Below are positions 42,852 through 50,867 of a stretch of DNA of 53,331 nucleotides, piece by piece; the first letter of the stretch is position 1, and every line of letters begins with the position of its first letter. The stretch is from positions 1 through 53,331 of the IMG/VR virus record IMGVR_UViG_3300002446_000089; one strand, 5' to 3'. Position numbers and translations under genes: made by a program. The notes under the pieces were generated by a model, which saw nothing but the letters and a program-made list of their open reading frames with translations, had not been told where the DNA came from and searched no databases. Source of the stretch: a virus (lineage: Duplodnaviria; Caudoviricetes).

Positions 42852-43231
42852 TACTGCTTACCTGCCCTAATCGTCCAGTTTACTACCCCGCCCAGGAAAG
42901 AGCGGCTGATACTCTTTGGCTTATATGTTGTCCCGGCGTAAATAACCCGGTCGGTATAGGCCGGAGTTTCTGCTAGAACTGTCTGGCGGATCTTAAACTC
43001 CGTATCGCCGAAAACATAAGCCCCGCCGGAAACCTGGATTTCCTCCAGGGTGAGTTCCCTGACGGAGGCTGTTATAGCTAAATCAGTGTAATTAGGCGTG
43101 TCGGCAGTACCCCTTACCGGATCGCCGGCGGTCATGCCGGTATACCGCTTGTAGGTAATGGGTTCCTCAATATCTGGGGCAACTTCGTCAAAACACTCAC
43201 GGATATAGGTAAGGTCGTCGGGTCCAAGCAT
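42851..43231 (-). CDS. Head closure / head-tail joining protein
   Basis: Size and position; SD GGAGGAG before MLGPDD. Confidence 0.65.
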   Translation of the reverse strand: MLGPDDLTYIRECFDEVAPDIEEPITYKRYTGMTAGDPVRGTADTPNYTDLAITASVRELTLEEIQVSGGAYVFGDTEFKIRQTVLAETPAYTDRVIYAGTTYKPKSISRSFLGGVVNWTIRAGKQ

Positions 43232-43232
43232 T

Positions 43233-43559
43233 TTATATCTCCTCCGGCGGGTCAAATACATTTGTCCATACTATTTCAGCCACACCGTCAGAAGGTGTCA
43301 AAGTGGCCAGTTCTCGGAAAGTTAATGCTTGTTCTCTACATTCCTTAGCCGTAAGAGTTTTGTCTACAGTACGTCCGTCCACCGTGAACTTGAAGTTGCG
43401 CTTGGCTGCATCCCCGGCCCGGATCAGCCAGAGGTGGGAACTGACCATATTGACGTCATTACCGTACCTGGCCAACAGAGACTCAATGGTTGGGTCGCTG
43501 AAGGCGTACGGTTCTGCCTGGTCGCGGACATTCAGGCGGACGAGTTCAACGTCAGTCAT
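43233..43559 (-). CDS. Head-tail adaptor protein
   Basis: VRLNVRD...FSDPTIESLL; position after the capsid genes. Confidence 0.65.
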   Translation of the reverse strand: MTDVELVRLNVRDQAEPYAFSDPTIESLLARYGNDVNMVSSHLWLIRAGDAAKRNFKFTVDGRTVDKTLTAKECREQALTFRELATLTPSDGVAEIVWTNVFDPPEEI

Positions 43560-43572
43560 GGGGGATCACCCC

Positions 43573-43848
43573 TTATCCTGCAATAATGTCAGCTAATCTA
43601 AGCTTTGCAAGTGCGGTGTTAAGCTGTGCCTTTGTCTCATTGGTCAGTGCAACAAGTGCATCAAACTCGGCTTTGGTCGGGTTTGCGCCTGCCGCCACAA
43701 CAGCATCCGCACTGGCTACATTAGCCACAGCAGCCTGCTCCGGGTTGGCTGTCGCTGCATTAATCTGAGCGGCGGTCTTTGTGACCGCCGTTCCGTTTAT
43801 TTTCAGACTTCCCACGTCAATTCCGTTTGGGAAATTGGTATCCGGCAA
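43573..43848 (-). CDS. Head fibre/decoration protein
   Basis: TNFPNGI...PTKAEFDALV...LNTALAKLRLADII. Confidence 0.6.
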   Translation of the reverse strand: MPDTNFPNGIDVGSLKINGTAVTKTAAQINAATANPEQAAVANVASADAVVAAGANPTKAEFDALVALTNETKAQLNTALAKLRLADIIAG

Positions 43849-43904
43849 TTTGATAACCTCCTTGGGGGGAGATCTCCCCCTGTTATTTGTTAGGCTGTGC
43901 CTGA

Positions 43905-44924
43905 TTAGGATGCGCCGGTAGACTTATACAAGCCTCTCCAGTCAGCCGCCTTAGCCTTGGCGATGTGGCGGACCTTGTATTGGATCGGAGTGTCGTCCAT
44001 CTGGAACGGATCAACGGCCATCCCGCTGATGGTGGTCCAACCGGGTGACTTCAGGAACAACTGCGGGCTTTCTCCCACGCCGCGCAGGAAACCGACCTCA
44101 ACGGTGTCGATACTGCCCGGGTCAGCGATTAAGTACCATGCAGTCGCGTTGGTCAGCCAGGTGCAGAATATCGGCTGCAGGTTCAATTCGCGCAGGACAT
44201 TCGCATCGTTATTCGCCGTACCGGGGACCTGGATGCTCTCCAAGAGTTTCCGCAGAGTCCATTCAAGCGTGGTCGTGGGAACTGCGACGTACCTGGGTTC
44301 GACGTAGATTCTATTTCCCTTATCGTCAGTCTGGTTGCGCATGGCCGTAATGGCGGCCGTCAGGTTGGCTTCGTTTAACGCTCCGCTGCCCAGGTTGCCA
44401 TGGCCTGCATGGAACAGGGCTATACCGTCACCCATAATCGGATTGGCTTCGAGGATGCTGAACACGAGCTGGTTTAACAGCCGCGCTGCCGACCGCCCGA
44501 ATTTGTCCGGCATTTTGCGGATCGCGTCCATATCATCATTGATGATAGCCTTCCACAGCACTGAAAATACCCGGCCGTAAATAGACAGCGAATAGGTTTC
44601 CTTAGCCTCTTCCAGAGTGCTGTCCTTGTACTCCCCGGGCTCGCCGTTTACTTCCGCCAGGTCGTCAGCCTCAGAAAGGCGCAGTATTTCCTTCGGTTTG
44701 AAGTCTGCCAGGGTTGCGATGTTGACGATCTGCCGCCACTGGTCGGGTACAGCCTTGTATGCCCGCTGCAGCACCTTATTTAATGTGTTGGCCAGCAGGT
44801 ACGGAAAATCAGAAGTGCTGGCCGCTTCCACCAGCACTTCGTACACACGCCTGAGACTTTGCATTTCTAAAGCTTCGTTGAGCTTGGCCTGCTGGGCCTC
44901 AGTCAATTTTTCAAGATATGGCAC
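43905..44924 (-). CDS. Major capsid protein (Mu gpT-like)
   Basis: STSDFPYLL, DFKP, GEYK, YGRVFS...IINDD, LFHAGHGN, DWRGLYK. Confidence 0.9.
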   Translation of the reverse strand: MPYLEKLTEAQQAKLNEALEMQSLRRVYEVLVEAASTSDFPYLLANTLNKVLQRAYKAVPDQWRQIVNIATLADFKPKEILRLSEADDLAEVNGEPGEYKDSTLEEAKETYSLSIYGRVFSVLWKAIINDDMDAIRKMPDKFGRSAARLLNQLVFSILEANPIMGDGIALFHAGHGNLGSGALNEANLTAAITAMRNQTDDKGNRIYVEPRYVAVPTTTLEWTLRKLLESIQVPGTANNDANVLRELNLQPIFCTWLTNATAWYLIADPGSIDTVEVGFLRGVGESPQLFLKSPGWTTISGMAVDPFQMDDTPIQYKVRHIAKAKAADWRGLYKSTGAS

Positions 44925-44965
44925 TGGTTATCTCCTCCTTAGTACTTGTTTAACCTGCAGAATGT

Positions 44966-45313
44966 TTACTTATTTGCCAGCTTGACGTTAATCGTATCGG
45001 TTGAGCTGGCTGTAATAGCCTCCAGAGCGTAACCGTAAAGCACGCCGGAAGTCTTCTTGGAAAGCTTCGGCGTATCACCGGACACATAGTAAATGGCGTC
45101 ACCGACTGATACTGCGCTGTTGCCACCCCCGTCTATTGCCTTAACGCTGAGGTCATAGACGCCTTTAGTATCGACGGTAGCCTGGTTGTTGGCATCTGCA
45201 TCAATGGTCGCCACCCCGATAATCTGCCCTACAGCAACCGGATCGCCGGATTTTACCCCAGCACCTACGGTCAGCCAAAGGTAATGGCCTTTCTGTACGT
45301 AATTCTTTGCCAT
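44966..45313 (-). CDS. DUF2190 capsid cement protein
   Basis: MAKNYVQKG...VKSGDPV.VG...GVA...GVY. Confidence 0.85.
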   Translation of the reverse strand: MAKNYVQKGHYLWLTVGAGVKSGDPVAVGQIIGVATIDADANNQATVDTKGVYDLSVKAIDGGGNSAVSVGDAIYYVSGDTPKLSKKTSGVLYGYALEAITASSTDTINVKLANK

Positions 45314-45340
45314 AATTTTTCCCTCCAGTTTTTTAATACT

Positions 45341-46753
45341 TTACTGCGTTGGTTTCTCTTCGGGAATACCGAACAGGCGGTCAAGCTTACCCTGTACATC
45401 CTTTTCCCTGCCCTCAGGTTTTGATGTCTCCCCGCCGCCCATGCCGGTAATTTTCCCGGCCTCGGTCAGTTTGGAAAGATAGTCGCGCTCCTCCGCCACA
45501 GCGGTATCAACGGCTTCTTTCAGTGCAGCATCATCCAGGGCGCCGTCTTTCACATACTCACGGGCTTCCAGCGTCCGGGCCAGCTTTGCCTGCGCCAGTT
45601 CCGGAAGTTTGGACTCTTTGAGCAACTCCCTGATCTTAGGGCCGGCCTGCAGCTTGATGCTTGTCCGGGTAAGCTCTTCAGCGGCAGCTTTCGCCGGGGC
45701 GACGGCCGCCTCTTTGATCTTCTCCACCTGCTTTGCGACGGCTTCGGCAACAAGCTCTTCTACCGGCTTGCCTCCGGCTGCCGCGGGTGCGGCGCTTTCC
45801 CTGGTCTGTTCGGCCTGCTCCAAGAGGTCAGGCCTGTTCTTCTTCAGCTCTTCCAATGTTACTTTGTCCCACTCCACGGTATCATCCTCCTTGTTTGGTT
45901 TTGCTCCTTCCAACAGTTTGTCAACAGTCCCCCCGGCACCCGGCTCGGTAACGATGTCGATAGACAGCAGCTGCTTGGCCGACTCCACGATCTTTCCGCG
46001 CCGGCCTTCAGCCTCACCCATCTTAACGGTACCAAAGCCGTTGATCGAGGGACCGACAAACACGATCCCTTTTTCATTGTTGAGCATTTCGGCATCGGTC
46101 AAAATGGGTTTTAACCATGCGGCAGACTCGGAAAGGTTCAGTGTCGCAGTTGCTCTTCCGTCCGGTTCCTGTTTTGCGTCAGACCAATAGCCAATGAGTT
46201 TTTCCACAGAGTTCTGCGGCCGTTCTCGCTCTTCCCGCTCGGTCTGGTGGTCGGTATAGGCCTTTGCGCCTTCGATCAGCGGGAGCAGGCTCGTGATGTA
46301 CTGCCGGGTATAGTACTTATCCCCGGGAGTCTTGTCCAATCTTAGGTTCCACCCCGGCTTTAAGACTGTCATGCGGAATTTGCCGCCGCCAAGGGCCTGC
46401 GCCGCTTCGGTCAGGCGGGTCAGTCCGCCGATATCGCCTTCTTCAGCAGTTTCAGACATAACAACAACGTCCGGAGTTGGCACCGACCCGTTCGGCTTAA
46501 CCTGCAGGACGTATTCAGCTTCCTGCCATGCTCCCAAGGTGACGTTTTCACTGGCGTCCACAGTATAACTGACCCTGTAGATTTTATTCTCGTTATCGTC
46601 TCTAACTACAACGAAATCGGGAAAGGTCTCTTTGATGTAGTAGCGCCAGGAACGGTTACCTTCGGCATCCGGCGGGTCGATCAGGTCCCGGATCTTTTTC
46701 TCCAGGGCGTCGTAACTCATGGTTTCAATGAGCTTTTTTACTACTTTGGGCAT
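45341..46753 (-). CDS. Prohead protease/scaffold protein
   Basis: YTDH, GPSI, SIDIVTEPGAGG followed by an Ala/Glu/Lys-rich scaffold. Confidence 0.8.
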   Translation of the reverse strand: MPKVVKKLIETMSYDALEKKIRDLIDPPDAEGNRSWRYYIKETFPDFVVVRDDNENKIYRVSYTVDASENVTLGAWQEAEYVLQVKPNGSVPTPDVVVMSETAEEGDIGGLTRLTEAAQALGGGKFRMTVLKPGWNLRLDKTPGDKYYTRQYITSLLPLIEGAKAYTDHQTEREERERPQNSVEKLIGYWSDAKQEPDGRATATLNLSESAAWLKPILTDAEMLNNEKGIVFVGPSINGFGTVKMGEAEGRRGKIVESAKQLLSIDIVTEPGAGGTVDKLLEGAKPNKEDDTVEWDKVTLEELKKNRPDLLEQAEQTRESAAPAAAGGKPVEELVAEAVAKQVEKIKEAAVAPAKAAAEELTRTSIKLQAGPKIRELLKESKLPELAQAKLARTLEAREYVKDGALDDAALKEAVDTAVAEERDYLSKLTEAGKITGMGGGETSKPEGREKDVQGKLDRLFGIPEEKPTQ

Positions 46754-46899
46754 TCAAAACCACCTCTTTATGTTATTTGCCAGCCGGTAAAGTAGAGCGC
46801 CGGCGCCTGGGTCCCATAGAGATCCCCATCTTTTTGCGCCAAAAAGAAAGAGGCCCTTTTAAAGACCTCTTTGAACACTTTCTTATTTAGTTGCTTTTA

Positions 46900-47139
46900 T
46901 CAGACTACCTCTTCAACCGATTTAATCTCGGCCTCTTCCACTTCCCATAGCTCCCCGTTCGAGAAATAAGAGAGTCCATCAATAATCTCTACAAGATAAG
47001 TCAAATCATCATCTTCTTCTTCCGGTTCAAGATAATGCAATGGCTTACAAATAAGCTCTTCTCCATTTTTAAAAGCTAACCTTACTTTCTTGTCCTGTAG
47101 GTTGAACAACTCACCTAATTTTCCTTCTCCAACCTTCAT
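46900..47139 (-). CDS. Putative immunity protein for the MuF toxin
   Basis: 79-aa acidic protein with ATGA coupling to the toxin stop; hairpin follows at about 46847-46872. Confidence 0.65.
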   Translation of the reverse strand: MKVGEGKLGELFNLQDKKVRLAFKNGEELICKPLHYLEPEEEDDDLTYLVEIIDGLSYFSNGELWEVEEAEIKSVEEVV

Positions 47140-47555
47140 TTTCTCCCACCATCCGGCACCGGATATATATGCGTTCCTGTCTTTGAGTATACAATAATTG
47201 CTCTGTTTGTTTCCAGGTATTTTTTCTTTTTCAGGTCAAAATATTTTCCGATAACAGTATCCGACGAAATACGTTCTTTCGGCGGACCTTTTTTCTGAGG
47301 TAGGATTTGTCCTGTTCCGGCATATTTGTCAATCAATTCCTGAGCGTTAACTGTTAATATTCCCGGCTTCATTTCTTTTATTTCAAACTTTTTAACATAT
47401 TGTTCATATTTCTTGGTGCCTTCAATGTGTCTATTCTGCTTTTCTTTATTAACTGCAAGTTTATACTTACCCTCTTTGATGTCCGCTCTGTACTGCTCTA
47501 TTATTTTCTGATGCTCAACATCTTTAGCTAACTTTAAGGCTTTCTTGCCTTCCTG
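47136..47555 (-). pseudogene. Ntox50-like toxin domain, in frame with MuF but behind a TGA
   Basis: Open frame QEGKK...NKEKQNRHIEGTKKY...QELIDKYAGTG...IGKY...ETNRAIIVYSKTGTHIYP. Confidence 0.75.
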
Positions 47556-49379
47556 TCAATCTTTAAAATCCTTCACGTTCTTTTTGGCCTCAAGATCAGC
47601 CTGTTTTCCCTCTTCCTCGGTAGCAATAATGTGAGGTGTAATGTAACACCTACAGTTATGTGTTATAATACCATTAGCAGTATAAAACCCATCTTTTGTT
47701 TGGAGGTTGTAAACATATCCATGGAAAGGCTCAATCTTGATATCGACTATATCGTCAACGAATACCTTTCCGGGCGCTCCACTGTTAGTTTGGCTAAAGA
47801 GCTTGGTGTCGCCGATGGGACTATTACCAAGAGAATTAAAGAGGCTGGGATAAAAATGAGAAGCATAACCTCTGTTAAACGCTTTGGTGGTCGTGTCAAT
47901 ATCCCCACCGAAAAAATGATTGCACTCTATTTTGCTGGTGAATCCGAAAAGGCCCTTGCTGAACGGTATAGTGTTAACAGGGGTGTCATTCGGCGCCGTT
48001 TGCTTGAAAACAAAATCAAGCCCAGAAATAGCAGCGAATCCATGCTGATCAGAATGTCCAGAACTAGTAAGGACGAAAGAATGCGTCTGGTTGAAGCTGC
48101 CAATAGAGCGTCTAAGCTCCATGTCCATACCTTTGAAGAGAAATGCCTTCGCGCCAAGACCATTCAGGCGAAACAGCTCCATATTTCTGATACCGAGAGA
48201 GAATTGGCTTCCATGCTCATCACCAGAGGTATTGAAGCAATCCCTCAACAAGCGATTGGCCCATATAATTGCGATCTTGGAACCTTTCCCGTCGCCGTGG
48301 AAATCTTCGGGGGAAATTGGCACTGGCATGGCCGCCACCTCTTGCGAACTCCCGAACGATTTCGCTATATCCTCAATGCGGGATGGCATATTCTTGTTAT
48401 CACTATTGACCCTCGCCGTCACCCACTCACTACCGCTACTGCTGATTACGTAGCCACCTTTATTAAGCAAGCCCGCAGCGACCCATCCGCCCGGCGTGAG
48501 TATCGGGTGATTCGGGGTGCAGGAGAGTTCCTTGCCGCTGGTAGTGTTGATGACAACGAGATTTCCGTCATACCAGCGCTTACTAGCAGCAGAGATGTCA
48601 GAGGCAGATACACGAGTGTCCCCCGGTAAACACCTCGGGTGCGCGGGCGGCCCTCCAAACGGCACTTGGTCAATCGGGAATATCTTGCGGTGCAGCGCCC
48701 CGCAGACCGGACATGTTCTTTCATCCGCGGCGGCCAACCACATTACGCGTTTTATATCGTACTGCCGGTAAGCATACAAGGCCCCCTGATTACTTGCCCG
48801 GATAATCTCTGTCCTCGCAACAACCTCGGCCCTCTTCTCGACAGAAGGCCAGACGCCTTTATCCAGCTTCGTGTTCCGCAGGCGCTTGGCTATATCCGGA
48901 ATGCTTTCACCCATAATGTAGCCGCGCTTTAACTCATCCTTGATCTGCTCCCGGACATCCTGGGTGATCCGCCTAATTAACCCCAGTTGGTAATCCTGCA
49001 TGTACGACATTACCGGCATGTGGACTATCGAAAAACTGGCATTCACACCCGTTGCCGCTATGGCCGCTTCTCCCCCTGTCAAAGCAGGGAACTGAGCTAA
49101 GCCGGCCAAAGGACTTTCCGGAAGCACGTCCGTGCGGCCCCTGACCCACATCTCGGCGTTGTGCTGCATCCTGTCTATAGCCCGGTCCACTTCTACCAGC
49201 AAAGACTCCAGGCGGGTCTTCTCCCAGCCCTCGGCACTCACTAAAAGGGCTTTAATCTCAACCTCTGCGTCCCGGAAAGACTTCAACAATTCGGCAAGTT
49301 TTTTCTTCTCCCATGCCGCCAGCTTGCGGTTCAGTTTAGCATGAATCTTTTCTAGGGCTTTTAAATCAGGCGGCGTCAT
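47556..49379 (-). CDS. MuF / SPP1 gp7-like minor head protein containing an intein
   Basis: RAEVVARTEIIRA, DERTCPVC, PPAHPR|intein|CRC; located between portal and scaffold genes. Confidence 0.9.
   Translation of the reverse strand: MTPPDLKALEKIHAKLNRKLAAWEKKKLAELLKSFRDAEVEIKALLVSAEGWEKTRLESLLVEVDRAIDRMQHNAEMWVRGRTDVLPESPLAGLAQFPALTGGEAAIAATGVNASFSIVHMPVMSYMQDYQLGLIRRITQDVREQIKDELKRGYIMGESIPDIAKRLRNTKLDKGVWPSVEKRAEVVARTEIIRASNQGALYAYRQYDIKRVMWLAAADERTCPVCGALHRKIFPIDQVPFGGPPAHPRCLPGDTRVSASDISAASKRWYDGNLVVINTTSGKELSCTPNHPILTPGGWVAAGLLNKGGYVISSSGSEWVTARVNSDNKNMPSRIEDIAKSFGSSQEVAAMPVPISPEDFHGDGKGSKIAIIWANRLLRDCFNTSGDEHGSQFSLGIRNMELFRLNGLGAKAFLFKGMDMELRRSIGSFNQTHSFVLTSSGHSDQHGFAAISGLDFVFKQTAPNDTPVNTIPFSKGLFGFTSKIECNHFFGGDIDTTTKAFNRGYASHFYPSLFNSLGNSPIGDTKLFSQTNSGAPGKVFVDDIVDIKIEPFHGYVYNLQTKDGFYTANGIITHNCRCYITPHIIATEEEGKQADLEAKKNVKDFKD
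47659..47707 (+). promoter_or_regulatory. Extended -10 promoter and SD for the antisense endonuclease
   Basis: TGTGtTATAAT at 47659-47669; GGAGGT at 47702-47707. Confidence 0.65.
47721..48629 (+). CDS. Antisense intein-nested endonuclease: tandem HTH + Vsr/DUF559-like PD-(D/E)xK domain
   Basis: HTH repeats (YLSGRSTVSLAKELGV..GTITKRIKEAGI; YFAGESEKALAERYSVNRGVIRRRL); SDTERELASML...QQAIGPYNCDL...VAVEIFGGNWH...LNAGWHILVI. Confidence 0.85.
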   Translation: MERLNLDIDYIVNEYLSGRSTVSLAKELGVADGTITKRIKEAGIKMRSITSVKRFGGRVNIPTEKMIALYFAGESEKALAERYSVNRGVIRRRLLENKIKPRNSSESMLIRMSRTSKDERMRLVEAANRASKLHVHTFEEKCLRAKTIQAKQLHISDTERELASMLITRGIEAIPQQAIGPYNCDLGTFPVAVEIFGGNWHWHGRHLLRTPERFRYILNAGWHILVITIDPRRHPLTTATADYVATFIKQARSDPSARREYRVIRGAGEFLAAGSVDDNEISVIPALTSSRDVRGRYTSVPR

Positions 49380-50859
49380 CTTCTACCGCCCCCCGGCCGC
49401 CGTTTCCATTACTGGACGGAGTAAACGGCGGGAAAAGGTTAGTATCGTCCTGTCTTTGCTTCCTGGCCTGTTCTTCTTCCTCCTCTGCCATCATTGATTT
49501 TTCCTGCTCCCAGTCTTCAACACCTAATTCCAAAGCCGCCGTCTGCTTAGATTTAAGACCGGCTTCGATCTGTTTCGTAAGAGCATCCGTTAAGTCATTG
49601 ATTTCATTCATGACCAGCGGCGGGAAATCAATGTCAATATGTATCTGATCAACCGGTATCTCCAGTTCATTTGTTTTCCCGTTCTTCTGACGGGAGACCT
49701 TTACCTTGTCGGGTAGGATACCGGCATCCGCCGCAGATCGAATCACCCTATGAAATATAATCAGAAATACCTCTTCAAACAACTTCTGCCGCCATTCAAA
49801 AAGTTTTAACATCGGCAGTTCCATTGCCTTGGCGCTGGCCAGATTGGCCACTTTTGCATCGCCGAAATAATGTTCAAAGAGTCCGCTCCCGGCGCAGATC
49901 ATCAATCTAATGGCGCGGCCGTCTTCACTGGCGTCGTCGGCGCCGATCTTGGCCTGGATAATGTCCCACTCGACAGAATCATTTTCAACTATTACACCGC
50001 CGGTTTTGGGAGGGATCGGCTTCTCTGTACCGGTGATTACCCTGTTAAGCGTATTTAATACGCCGGTTACTGCGCTGGTTACTCCATTAGCGGCGGATTT
50101 AATCTTCTTCTTCCAGGCGAAAGCTGCCCGGGCTTTGTTCAGCTTAGCCCTGTCCTCCAGCCACTCCTTATAAGCGTTCAGGTACCCAAGCACCCGGTAA
50201 AGGGGAGACTGCCCGAACTTCGCGTAAAGAGGGGCGCCGATCTTAACGTGCAGAATTTCACCAGCAGGGATGTAATCAGCCTCAACTCCGGTATGGTACT
50301 TGACTATAACGTAGAGCTTGCTTTGCGGGTCCCACTTCTGTTCAACCCATTCCCGTCGGTAGTAAAGAGGTGTCTCAGCATCCTCCTGGTCAGTAACGAC
50401 ATCGGTTATTTGCCAGGCCGGAATGCAGCGAACCTGCACCCGTCCCGTAAATTCATCAGTGAAAAACCTGATAAATAACTCTCCGTCTATTTCAAGATCG
50501 TCGGAGAGTTGGGATTGCCTTTGAAACCATTTGTTCGACTCATCCTGCCAGAACTGTTTGAGGACTTCGTTTACCTCAGGGTCCTCGGCTTTAAAGCTGA
50601 TACCCTGGCCCATTGTGAAGTATCTTTTCAAGTCGACAATTTGCCCGGCAAGGGGGTTCTTTTTGAACACGTCCCGGACCTTTTCAATAATCCGTTGCCG
50701 TTCTTCCCCGGTTACCTCCCAGGGGACAAAGCCCTGGCTGACGTTAATCCAGCCGGTTTCGTTCACGCTTACGGCTTCGGACAACTTATTAATTGATTCC
50801 TGAATGACTAAAAGGTCGTCTTTTAAGACACGCTGGGCCAAGTTTTTCAAGACTGACAC
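49366..50859 (-). CDS. Portal protein
   Basis: NPLAGQIVD..RYFTMGQGI, IDGELFI; position after the terminase. Confidence 0.85.
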   Translation of the reverse strand: MSVLKNLAQRVLKDDLLVIQESINKLSEAVSVNETGWINVSQGFVPWEVTGEERQRIIEKVRDVFKKNPLAGQIVDLKRYFTMGQGISFKAEDPEVNEVLKQFWQDESNKWFQRQSQLSDDLEIDGELFIRFFTDEFTGRVQVRCIPAWQITDVVTDQEDAETPLYYRREWVEQKWDPQSKLYVIVKYHTGVEADYIPAGEILHVKIGAPLYAKFGQSPLYRVLGYLNAYKEWLEDRAKLNKARAAFAWKKKIKSAANGVTSAVTGVLNTLNRVITGTEKPIPPKTGGVIVENDSVEWDIIQAKIGADDASEDGRAIRLMICAGSGLFEHYFGDAKVANLASAKAMELPMLKLFEWRQKLFEEVFLIIFHRVIRSAADAGILPDKVKVSRQKNGKTNELEIPVDQIHIDIDFPPLVMNEINDLTDALTKQIEAGLKSKQTAALELGVEDWEQEKSMMAEEEEEQARKQRQDDTNLFPPFTPSSNGNGGRGAVEDDAA

Positions 50860-50867
50860 GGTTTCAC

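Larger units (their letters stand above)
47655..48632 (-). mobile_element. Intein (326 aa) in MuF
   Basis: Block A CLPGDTRV, block B SCTPNHPILT, block F VYNLQT, block G IITHN followed by +1 Cys; removal restores HPRCRC. Confidence 0.93.

Noticed and set aside
47536-47558. Selenocysteine insertion at the MuF TGA (hairpin AAGGC-AAGAAA-GCCTT just downstream)
   Set aside because: The stem is only 5 bp and its loop is closer to the UGA than in typical bacterial SECIS elements; the context suggests Trp, not Cys
47631-47720. Upstream GTG start for the antisense endonuclease given by the ORF track
   Set aside because: It lies outside the intein and upstream of the predicted promoter and SD; ATG 47721 fits better
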